A stretch of DNA of 64,000 bases from an uncultured Phycisphaerales bacterium (GTDB lineage: Bacteria > Planctomycetota > Phycisphaerae > Phycisphaerales > SM1A02): NCBI GenBank assembly GCA_938084645.1, contig CALKEP010000015.1, positions 37,094 through 101,093 of the forward strand. Reading direction: 5' to 3'. The position numbers and the translations under genes are program-made. Below are positions 18,697 through 27,586 of this stretch, piece by piece (positions within the stretch are counted from its first letter, which is position 1; every line of letters starts with the position of its first letter). Below the pieces are notes generated by a model. That model was not told the DNA's origin. It ran no database searches and worked only from the letters and a program-made list of their open reading frames with translations.

Positions 18697-19992
18697 ATGT
18701 TCTGGACCAATCACGCCGCCCGCCTCATCCTGCTTGCATTGGTGGTCATCTCGACTCGCACCGTCTTCGCGGACGACGGGTTCGAGGTGGATCGTGATGA
18801 CGAGATCTGGTGCGAAATCGAAGCGCTTCGGACCGAGATCCGTCACCTCCGTGGTCGGCAGGTCGATGATGGTCTCGACGCGACGCGGCGGGTGGAGGTT
18901 CGGCGGGTGATCGACGACGCGCTCGCCGACGCCGACATGCGGACCAATCGAGCCGGCCGCCCCTGGAACGAGATCGCTTCGGCGGACGGTGACTTCACCC
19001 TCCAGGCCGACGTGATCATGCAGTACGACTGGGTCCTCAATTCGACCCGGTCCGAACCGACCCGCTACGGATTCAGCCTCGACACCCTCTGGCTCTCCCT
19101 TGGCGGGACGGTGTTCGGTCCGGACTGGTCGTACGCCGTCTGTGCGGCGGTGGGTTCGAACGGGGCGTTCAATCCCGAATACGCCTACGCGCAGTACCAG
19201 TTCGATGATGGTCTGTTCGTGCAGGCGGGGATCCTCTCGGAGTACTTCTCGATCGAGCAGGCGATCAACCCGAACGAACAACTCGGGACGTCCCTGTCGT
19301 TCGTCGCCGGTCAGTTCGACGCCGGTCAGCCCGAGGGGATTCTCGTGGGACGCCAGTTCGAGCGATGGCGATTCTGGTCCACGCTCTCGAACGGATGGGG
19401 CCAGTCCTTCATCGATCCACTGGAGAATCAGCGGATCGGGGTCATGGCTCGCGTCGAGTTCAAGCCGTTCGGGGACTGGAACTCGTTGTACATGTTCAAT
19501 CCGTATCCCGGCCTCGTCGACCGCGGTCTGCTGGTGGGATTCGGTGGTTCATTCGACTGGGGGGACTATGCCACCGGAACCGGCCGGGCGGTCTCCGGCG
19601 ACGCGACGCGGGCGACGGCCGACATCTCTTGGCAGCAGAGCGGAATCGGCCTCATGGCCGCCGCCTACTACCAGGACGAGCCCGTGTCTCAGGCCGATGG
19701 TGGTCGCCGGTGGGCCGCCGTCGCACAAGGAGCGTTCTTTCCGGTCTCCACCTGGGACGTGTACGCCCGCGGCGAATGGGGTGCCGTCGAGAACGGATCG
19801 AGATCCGACTTCGCGATGGCGACGATCGGCGCCAGTTGGATCCCGGCGGGGGATTCGCGACTCAAGGTCGTCTTCGAAGTCGTCAGATCGTGGGGTTCCA
19901 CCGCGGATTGGAGCGTCGATGGAGACATCGGCATCCTCGCGACCGATGGCGATCAGACGGTCTTCAGGACCCAGCTTCAGTTCGCCTTCTGA
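18697..19992 (+). CDS. Outer membrane beta-barrel / porin-like protein
   Basis: Signal peptide, N-terminal coiled segment, aromatic-rich alternating strands, C-terminal FRTQLQFAF. Confidence 0.72.
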   Translation: MFWTNHAARLILLALVVISTRTVFADDGFEVDRDDEIWCEIEALRTEIRHLRGRQVDDGLDATRRVEVRRVIDDALADADMRTNRAGRPWNEIASADGDFTLQADVIMQYDWVLNSTRSEPTRYGFSLDTLWLSLGGTVFGPDWSYAVCAAVGSNGAFNPEYAYAQYQFDDGLFVQAGILSEYFSIEQAINPNEQLGTSLSFVAGQFDAGQPEGILVGRQFERWRFWSTLSNGWGQSFIDPLENQRIGVMARVEFKPFGDWNSLYMFNPYPGLVDRGLLVGFGGSFDWGDYATGTGRAVSGDATRATADISWQQSGIGLMAAAYYQDEPVSQADGGRRWAAVAQGAFFPVSTWDVYARGEWGAVENGSRSDFAMATIGASWIPAGDSRLKVVFEVVRSWGSTADWSVDGDIGILATDGDQTVFRTQLQFAF

Positions 19993-20627
19993 ACGGACTG
20001 ATCACCGGCGCTCGAACGAGCATCCAGGAACTCACGGAACTCCTGGAGCAGTTCGTAGTTGGTCGGGTTGTCGGGAAGGAACCACTCGGTCCCGCTCTCG
20101 ACGAACGTCGAGACCACGTTCCCCAGGATCACCACGCCGAACACCACGCTGGTGATCCGGGACCAGGCGCCCGAACGACCCGGACGGCTTCCGACCACCA
20201 TCAACGAACCACTCGCGAGGGTCAGGCCGCTCACCAGCAGGATCACGAGGAAGACGACGAACGCCCAGGTGTAGAGGTGAAGCCCGAAGACCGCACCGCC
20301 GTATCCGGGATCGCCGGGGAGAATGTGGAGCAACGTCTGCCGCCCGCTTATCGCGAGACCGAGGACCGACGCGAGAATCGACATTCCGAAACCCGTCGAG
20401 AAGTCGGAGGTGGCATCGGACCCGACGACGGAAGTCCGCCGGATGATGAACATCGGACCCATCGCCGCGAGGAGCATCGCCATCCGCTGCAGCAGGCAGA
20501 GCGGGCAGGGGAGTTCGCTGCCGAGCAACTGGACGAGGAACGCACCGATCACCACGCCGCAAACACCCAGGACCCAGATGTGCAGGAGGAAGAACGAGAT
20601 TCGATCCAATCGGGTCCTGCCGTTCAT
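19977..20627 (-). CDS. DsbB-family (DsbI-like) disulfide formation protein
   Basis: PCPLCLLQR, SGRQTLLHI, GLHLYTW, LPDNP; about five TM segments. Confidence 0.88.
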   Translation of the reverse strand: MNGRTRLDRISFFLLHIWVLGVCGVVIGAFLVQLLGSELPCPLCLLQRMAMLLAAMGPMFIIRRTSVVGSDATSDFSTGFGMSILASVLGLAISGRQTLLHILPGDPGYGGAVFGLHLYTWAFVVFLVILLVSGLTLASGSLMVVGSRPGRSGAWSRITSVVFGVVILGNVVSTFVESGTEWFLPDNPTNYELLQEFREFLDARSSAGDQSVQKAN

Positions 20628-20654
20628 CGAATCGACCCTCCGTCGTCAGGTGGC

Positions 20655-20813
20655 TCAGAAACTGAGACCGAGACGATCCGTGGCGTGATGCAGAAAGAGG
20701 AGCGTCACGAGAATCATCGAGATCGTGAAGAGGATCAGCGACGATCGACGGTGCTCGCGATGCAGCGTCACGTACGTGCCGAAGAGGAGTATGAAGATGA
20801 AAGCGGCCACCAT
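20655..20813 (-). CDS. Small two-TM membrane protein (DUF5993/Dba-like)
   Basis: 52 aa MVAAFIFILL...LLFLHHATDRLGLSF; GGAG upstream; directly ahead of the DsbB-like gene. Confidence 0.72.
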   Translation of the reverse strand: MVAAFIFILLFGTYVTLHREHRRSSLILFTISMILVTLLFLHHATDRLGLSF

Positions 20814-20851
20814 CGTCGGGACTCCCTGGCAGGTGCGTCGACGTCGTCCGA

Positions 20852-22834
20852 TCAGGATGATATCCGGCCCGGGAGCACCGGTGGCATCGGACATTCGATC
20901 GCGGCCGCAAGGGCTCGAAGAAGCTCGATCTCGGCCAGCGTTCCATGACCATCGGCACAGACCGTGTCGACCGCGGCGTCGAGAAGCACGGCACGATCCC
21001 GCCAACGAAGCCGTCGAAGTCGATCGAGCGCTCGATCGAGCTCCATCACCGAGCAATCCGCGCGGGAGGGGAGATCCACGTCACCGATCCTCGCCAGTCG
21101 CGCACCCGCTCGGAACGCATGGAGCGCCTGGTCCTCGTTTCGCGCACCGCTCCAGGCGAGCATCGCGAGCACCACGCGAACGGAATCCTCGAGCAGCGCG
21201 ATCGAACGATTCGGTCGGACCGATCCGCCAGCCGAACGGTTCGCTCCCTCCGTGAGATGATCCCGGAGTATCCGACCGAGAAGCCACTCGAATCGATCGA
21301 GCCGACCATCGGCCTCCTGCATCGAACGGATCGAATTCATGAATCCCGGACGATCCTCTGCGGGCATCCGACTCAGTGCAGGCATGGAGAGATCGAGCAG
21401 GACCAGACGGAGTTCCGGGTTCCTTCCGATGGCGGCACCGACCGTTCCCCGAAGGCGACGAACCTCGTCGATCGTGATCGGGTCGAGATTCTCCGAGAGC
21501 GCCGCGGCCTGCGCGGATCGGACCTCGGGCTCATCGTCGACGAGCAGAAGAAGACAGACCGCCTTCGCACCGATCGTGTCGTGCATCGCGCTGCGCACCG
21601 GATCAGGGATCGACCCGATGAGTGTTCTTGCGTAGGCGAGGTGATCCGCGTCGGGATCACCGAGCCGGGCGATGCTCCCACGGACCTGTTCCGCACCACG
21701 AACCTCGCGGCTCTCCGGAGCCTCCATGGTGTCTCTCGGCATCGGGACTGCGCTCGCCGCGAAGCCCGAGGCGTTCGCCGGAGGTGGAGGAGGGGCCGAT
21801 CCTCCCTGTCGTTCGTCCATGGCCTGCTGGATCTCCTCCTGCGGCCGATTCTCGATCCGCGCGATCCGATCCGCGAGCGGTGGATGGGTCGCGAACGCGG
21901 TCGACAGCGCGGAGGTGAAGAAGAAGTGCTGGAACTCGCTTGCCGCGGACTGGTTCAGATCGTTCCGCGGAAACCCGCCGATGCGACGAAGCGCCCCGGC
22001 GATGCCGGAGGGATTCCGCGTGTAGTCGACCGCCGCGGCGTCCGCGAGGTATTCACGTTGTCGACTGACCGCGGCCTGGATCAGGCGCGCCGCAAGCGTC
22101 CCGAGCGAACCGATCGCCATGAGTGCGAGGCCACCGACGATGACCGCGAGACCGAGGGCCGGGCCCGGGTTGTTCTTCCCGCCGCCCGAACGTGCGAGCA
22201 CGGGTCCGATGAACCGGAAGCAGATGTATCCGAGGAAGCCAAGGGCCATGATTCCGAAGATGAGTCCGGTCAATCGGATGTTCAACTTCATGTCGCCATG
22301 GACGATGTGGCTGAACTCGTGGGCCATGACCCCCTGAAGCTCGTCGCGTGACAGTTGCTGGACGCAGCCGCGGGTCACGCCGATGACCGCGCTGTCGAAT
22401 CCGAAGCCCGCGGCGAACGCGTTGATCGAGGCGTCGTCGATCAGATAGACGGGCGGCATCGGACAGCCGGACGCGATCGACATCTCCTCGACCACGTTCA
22501 TCAGTCGGCGAAGGTCCGGATCGCGATCCTCCGGATGCACGAGCGTTCCGCCGAGCGACTCGGCCACCGCCTTGCCGCCGGAAGCGAGTTGTCCCGTCTT
22601 GACGAGGGATCCGATCACGATCACCAGGAGGGTCGCGCCGCCCACGACGCCCAGGAGTTCGGGGGCCCACCAGCCGGCGGGGGTCTCCTCGGACTGGGTC
22701 AGTGCGACCATGGCGCCCGCCGCGACGAGATAGACCGCGAGAACGGTTCCGACGACCGCGAACAGGAAGAGGAGGACGAGTCGGCCGGTGCGGGACCGGG
22801 CCTTCTCCTGATCCTCGATGAAGTCCATCACCAT
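20852..22834 (-). CDS. M48 family (HtpX-like) zinc metallopeptidase with C-terminal extension
   Basis: INAFAAG, MAHEFSH (HExxH), SRQREYLAD, THPPLADRI. Confidence 0.92.
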   Translation of the reverse strand: MVMDFIEDQEKARSRTGRLVLLFLFAVVGTVLAVYLVAAGAMVALTQSEETPAGWWAPELLGVVGGATLLVIVIGSLVKTGQLASGGKAVAESLGGTLVHPEDRDPDLRRLMNVVEEMSIASGCPMPPVYLIDDASINAFAAGFGFDSAVIGVTRGCVQQLSRDELQGVMAHEFSHIVHGDMKLNIRLTGLIFGIMALGFLGYICFRFIGPVLARSGGGKNNPGPALGLAVIVGGLALMAIGSLGTLAARLIQAAVSRQREYLADAAAVDYTRNPSGIAGALRRIGGFPRNDLNQSAASEFQHFFFTSALSTAFATHPPLADRIARIENRPQEEIQQAMDERQGGSAPPPPPANASGFAASAVPMPRDTMEAPESREVRGAEQVRGSIARLGDPDADHLAYARTLIGSIPDPVRSAMHDTIGAKAVCLLLLVDDEPEVRSAQAAALSENLDPITIDEVRRLRGTVGAAIGRNPELRLVLLDLSMPALSRMPAEDRPGFMNSIRSMQEADGRLDRFEWLLGRILRDHLTEGANRSAGGSVRPNRSIALLEDSVRVVLAMLAWSGARNEDQALHAFRAGARLARIGDVDLPSRADCSVMELDRALDRLRRLRWRDRAVLLDAAVDTVCADGHGTLAEIELLRALAAAIECPMPPVLPGRISS

Positions 22835-22877
22835 GGTCGACTGCTTCCGAAACCGGACCGGAGGCGCCCCTGGAGGA

Positions 22878-25577
22878 TCAGTACTCGACCGTCACCTTCG
22901 AGGGTTCGGCGCCCGCTTCATCGAAGAACAGCAGCTCGATCGGTCCGTCCGCGGCGAGTGCGACGGCGGGGATCGGCAGTTCGACCGAGTTGGCGCCCCG
23001 GGTGGTCCGTCCACCCGGTTCACGGAGAGCGTACCCGCCGAGGTCGAAGCCGTTCATGCGGACCCTTCCTCGCGTCACGCCCTCGACTCGAAGTCGTCCG
23101 GAGCGTTCCAAGCCCGTTCGAGCGCCCGGAATCCGTACTTCACCACGAATCCAGCGTGGCCCACGATCGTCCGGCGTCGAATCCTCCACCCAGGAGCCGA
23201 TCCGAGCGTCCGGCGTGCTCTCCCAGCGTCGGAGCCGCCAATCCGTCGCGGGGACGACTTCCGCGACGACCTCGTTGATGGCGACCGTCGGTTGGTCCCC
23301 AGCTTCGGCCGCGTGTTCGAGCAGGGCGATGCGAACGGAGTTCGAACCCGACTTGAACGCCGAATCATCCCCGGCGGACAGGACCTCCCGAAGTCCATGA
23401 CGGCCGAAGATCCTGAACGTGGTTCCATTGATCACGACCACCCCGGCCGATCCGGGACCGACCTCCAGGATCAGCGAACTCTTCCGTCGATGGGTGAACT
23501 TGTATTCGATCGCTTCATCCACGGTCCGCTCGCCGTCCGCGGTCTCGGGGATGAACGCCGTGATCTCGAATGGATCGACGGGATCGATCTCGATGGCGCT
23601 CTCGACCACGCCCTTGAGCGGCTCGACGGCGACCAGGCCGCCGGGTCGATCGCCGTCCCCGGGATGCTGAATCCCGTCGACCGATCGAGGCGCATGCCTG
23701 AGGAACATCGCGATCTCCCGAGCACTGGACTTCGCGGGAATCGACACGACGCCGTCCTTGACGTCCGTCACCCTGACACCATCCACCCAGCAGTCCCCGT
23801 CGCGAAGACCCCCCAGCAGGAGGTAGCGGCTCGGTCGTCTTGCCGGGACTGAAAGCGTGCCCGTGAACCACGCGTGCGAGAGGCCAGAGCCGATCGCCGC
23901 GAGTCCGAGATCCTCGTGAACCGGCACGGACCGTGGGTGATCGAGTGATCGACAGTCCGGCTCGGACCAGGTGCGCCATTTCCGGACCATCCGACGGCCC
24001 GCTCGACTCGAGTCATGCTCGAGCGTGGGCGTTCTCGTTCCGTCGACGTCGATCCGGAACGGCTTCATCCCTTCCCGAGGGATCGCCGATCCGTCCTGGA
24101 AGACTCGTGACGCGCCGATCACGATTCCATCGCCGTCGTCGAGCATCGTCGCGGCCTGGATCTCGTTGAGCACCACCACGGTGAAACCCGCATGCGATTC
24201 GACGATCGGGCCGGAGCCGTCGCGGCGGGCTCGGGGTGCGGTCATCGAGAGCGGCCGACCATCGATGGAAAGTTCGACACTTGAACCCGCTGCGGCGCCG
24301 AGCACCAGCATTCGACCGCCGACGAGTGCCAGTGGCATCGCGGAAGTCCAATCCAGTCGTCCGCGACCGGCGAGATCGGCGTCGACGAGGGTCCAGGTCC
24401 AATCTCGATCCCCGAAGTCCACGGTGATCCTTCGTCCTGAACCATCGATCACCGCGGCGGATTCGCATCCGCCCTTTCGGAAGAAGAACATCACCGTTCC
24501 TGCGCCGCCCGACCGAGGAACCGCGACCACGCCGGGTGCCGGATCATCCGGATCGACGACCATCGGTTGATCGTCGGAGTCGAGATCGGCCAGCACGCCA
24601 CCGAAGTCACGCGTGAAGCGGGCGATCATCGACATCGAACTCCCGATCTCGGTGGGATCGCCGACCGCGTCGACCAGCGGATGCGCAAAAGCGTTCGGAG
24701 CGATGTCCCCGGAGATGTCGCGGCCCGCGCCACCCGCAGGAAGGACACCGTCGACGGCGTGCGCGATCATGGTCTGCGCCCCAGCCGCCAGGGCGCGGAC
24801 GGTTCGCTCCGCGAGCTCCCCGGGAATCGTCTCCGTCGGAGCAAGGCCGGGGCGACGATACGCCGTCGCCGCGGGACGTTCGATCGTGCAGATCCTGGGT
24901 TTACCCGGTTGCAACGAGGACACCTGGCGAATGTTCGAGAAGAGATCGTCCCATCCGGACCAGGTCTCGATCGCACCTTCGGTCTCCTGCCAGAACCCGT
25001 TGGAGGTCAGGATGGGAACCGTGATGCCACGTTCGCGGGCGTAACGGACCAGCTCGACGAGGTAGGCGTCGCCTGAATCCCGGGAGCCGCAGTTCCAACC
25101 ATGCTCCACCTGGATCGCGACCAGGGGACCACCCTCATCGCGATCCCCCTGGAGATCCACGACCTCCTGCGAGAGCCGGCTGTACCACCGGGAGACGAGT
25201 TCAAGAAAGGCGGGAGCCCCCGTGCGGGGTTCGCATCCGGGCCGCTCGCCGATCCAGGTGGGAAGTCCGCTTCCATCGAACGGTGCGCCGATCGCGGGTC
25301 CGATCCGAAGCACGGCGTGCAGACCCGACTCGTGAGCCTCCCGAAGGAAGCGTCCGACGTCGAGTCGACCCTCGAAGTCGAAGCGTCCCGGCGTCGGCTC
25401 GTGAAGGAACCAGGGGCAGGACGCGACGACCGTGTTGAACCCGAGCCGGGCCAGGGTGTCGAGACGATCTCGTCGGTCGTGCTCCGCCTGCATGACGTAC
25501 TCGAAGCCGCCACCGAACAAGGTCGTGCGGCGTCCGGAGACGAGAAAGCTGCGGCCGTCGAAAGTGATTGGAGGCAT
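22878..25577 (-). CDS. GH35 beta-galactosidase-like protein with degenerate active site
   Basis: ITFDGRSF, GFNTV..PWFLHEP.PG.FDF.G, LRIGP, GGPLVAIQVE, C-terminal G.V.MNGFDLGGY. Confidence 0.78.
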   Translation of the reverse strand: MPPITFDGRSFLVSGRRTTLFGGGFEYVMQAEHDRRDRLDTLARLGFNTVVASCPWFLHEPTPGRFDFEGRLDVGRFLREAHESGLHAVLRIGPAIGAPFDGSGLPTWIGERPGCEPRTGAPAFLELVSRWYSRLSQEVVDLQGDRDEGGPLVAIQVEHGWNCGSRDSGDAYLVELVRYARERGITVPILTSNGFWQETEGAIETWSGWDDLFSNIRQVSSLQPGKPRICTIERPAATAYRRPGLAPTETIPGELAERTVRALAAGAQTMIAHAVDGVLPAGGAGRDISGDIAPNAFAHPLVDAVGDPTEIGSSMSMIARFTRDFGGVLADLDSDDQPMVVDPDDPAPGVVAVPRSGGAGTVMFFFRKGGCESAAVIDGSGRRITVDFGDRDWTWTLVDADLAGRGRLDWTSAMPLALVGGRMLVLGAAAGSSVELSIDGRPLSMTAPRARRDGSGPIVESHAGFTVVVLNEIQAATMLDDGDGIVIGASRVFQDGSAIPREGMKPFRIDVDGTRTPTLEHDSSRAGRRMVRKWRTWSEPDCRSLDHPRSVPVHEDLGLAAIGSGLSHAWFTGTLSVPARRPSRYLLLGGLRDGDCWVDGVRVTDVKDGVVSIPAKSSAREIAMFLRHAPRSVDGIQHPGDGDRPGGLVAVEPLKGVVESAIEIDPVDPFEITAFIPETADGERTVDEAIEYKFTHRRKSSLILEVGPGSAGVVVINGTTFRIFGRHGLREVLSAGDDSAFKSGSNSVRIALLEHAAEAGDQPTVAINEVVAEVVPATDWRLRRWESTPDARIGSWVEDSTPDDRGPRWIRGEVRIPGARTGLERSGRLRVEGVTRGRVRMNGFDLGGYALREPGGRTTRGANSVELPIPAVALAADGPIELLFFDEAGAEPSKVTVEY

Positions 25578-25855
25578 GTTTCTCTCTTCGAAGGAACCGG
25601 ACCGGGGAGGCGGTGCAATCCCGAATCCGTCGTAAACAGCCGGGAACCGACCCTCGGGGTACGTCGGACCCGCCCCCGAGGATCGGACATTCGCGTACCT
25701 TCCCCTCTCTGGACCCTTGGAACCGGGAAAATCAAGGGGCTCGGCCGGGTCGATCGATCAGGATTTGAAACCGATTCCGATTCCCCCGAGAACCCAACCG
25801 GCGACCACCGGTTCATCAGTGCTCACCGCCCTTCGCCGCTTCGGGAAAACCACCC

Positions 25856-27586
25856 ATGTCGATCGCACCCCCAGCCCTCCGTTGTCTGGCCCTCGTCGGC
25901 CTCGCGTTCACGGGCTGTGCCGAGCAGATTCGACAGGTCGACATCCGGACCGACGACCTCGTCGAGTCGCGGAACGCCGTCCTCGCGAGCCGTGACACAC
26001 CACCGCCCGCGCTCGAGGTCGAGGCGTACCCTGAAGGCGACCCCTTCCCCGCGGACACGGACGCGGTCAATGATCCGTCGACCCGGGATCCCACGGCGGA
26101 ACAACTGGATTTCACCGGCCGAAGCGAGACCGAGAACGAGGCCGAGGCGATCATCGCCCGGATCCGACGACTCGGCGAGACGCCTGAAGACGCCGAATCC
26201 ATGACCATCGAAGGCGCGATCGCCTTCGCTCAGGCGAATGCCACCGAATACACGGGTGCGGAGGAGACCTACCTTCTCACCGCGCTGTCGCTCATCGTCC
26301 AGGAGCATTTCTTCGAACCTGGATTCTTCAACGAGACGAGTATCGACGCCGGCAAGGGCATCAGCACCCGATACGAGACGGCCCTCCGGGTGGCCAACGA
26401 CTTCGGGGTCCGCCAACGACTTCCCTACGGTGGCGAGGTCACCGCCAAGTTCCTCGCCGGAGTGACCCGCAACCTCGACGATGCGGCGAATGAAGGGCGA
26501 CAGGATGCCGCGGTCGTGATCGAAGGGAGAATCCCGCTGCTTCGTGGTGCGGGCATGGCCGCGCGGGAGAATCTGGTGCAGGCCCAGCGTAATCTGGTCT
26601 ACGCATCCCGATCGTTCGAGTCGTTCCGACGCGACTTCTACGTCTCGATCGTCACCGACTATCTCGATCTGGTGCTCCAGCTTCAGGCGATCGCGAATGC
26701 GGAGGGTGCACTCGCCTTGAACCGCCAGATCGAGGAGCGTGAGGCGGCACTCGTCGCCGCGGGCAGACAGGAGCCCTTTCAGGCCGACCTCGCCCGCCAG
26801 GAGACCCTGTTTGCGCTCGACGACCTCGCGGGTCAGCAGGAGGCCTATCGACTCTCGCTCGATCGATTCAAGGTTCGGATCGGAATGGACCCGGAACGAT
26901 CGATCGTCATCACGCCGGTCGAACTCCAGCTTCCGACGCCCAAGGTCAATGCCGACCAGGCGGTCCAGTACGCCCTCGAGTATCGACTGGACCTCCAGAC
27001 GAACCGGGACCAGCTCGAGGACTCCCGGCGACAGATCGACCTCGCCGAGAATGGACTGCTCCCCGATCTCGACCTTCGAGGCAACGTCCGCGTCGGCGGT
27101 GAAGGCGTGGTCCAGGGAATCGACCTGAACCTCGGTGACACTCGAGCGAGCGGCGGCATCTTCCTCAGCCTCCCGCTCGACCGCGTCGATGAGTCCGTCG
27201 CGTTGCGGCAGGCCCAGGTTCGATTCGCACAGGATGAACGGGTGTACGGCAAGTCACTCGACGACGCCGCGGTCGCGGTTCGGCAGGCCATCCGACAGAT
27301 CGACCGCGCTCAGTTCTCGCTGGTCCTTCAAGAGCGGAACATCGAGATCGCTCGAAACCGAATCGCTTCGATCGACGCCGCGCCGGCTCGGGCGACCGCT
27401 CGTGACCGAACCACCGCGGTCTCCGGTCTTCGTGATGCGGAGGATCGTCGGGACACCGCGAAGCGGAATCTGCAGGTGGCGATCCTCAACTATCTGAACG
27501 CCGCGGGAATACTCCGAGTGACGCCGGAAGGACGGCTTCAGCCGCTCCCCGGAATGCCGGTCGGTGAAGTCATCGGGCGTCGCTGA
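25856..27586 (+). CDS. TolC-family outer membrane lipoprotein
   Basis: Lipobox LAFTGC, ALEYRLDL, NGLLPDLDL, LSLPLDR; helical OEP-like repeats. Confidence 0.82.
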   Translation: MSIAPPALRCLALVGLAFTGCAEQIRQVDIRTDDLVESRNAVLASRDTPPPALEVEAYPEGDPFPADTDAVNDPSTRDPTAEQLDFTGRSETENEAEAIIARIRRLGETPEDAESMTIEGAIAFAQANATEYTGAEETYLLTALSLIVQEHFFEPGFFNETSIDAGKGISTRYETALRVANDFGVRQRLPYGGEVTAKFLAGVTRNLDDAANEGRQDAAVVIEGRIPLLRGAGMAARENLVQAQRNLVYASRSFESFRRDFYVSIVTDYLDLVLQLQAIANAEGALALNRQIEEREAALVAAGRQEPFQADLARQETLFALDDLAGQQEAYRLSLDRFKVRIGMDPERSIVITPVELQLPTPKVNADQAVQYALEYRLDLQTNRDQLEDSRRQIDLAENGLLPDLDLRGNVRVGGEGVVQGIDLNLGDTRASGGIFLSLPLDRVDESVALRQAQVRFAQDERVYGKSLDDAAVAVRQAIRQIDRAQFSLVLQERNIEIARNRIASIDAAPARATARDRTTAVSGLRDAEDRRDTAKRNLQVAILNYLNAAGILRVTPEGRLQPLPGMPVGEVIGRR

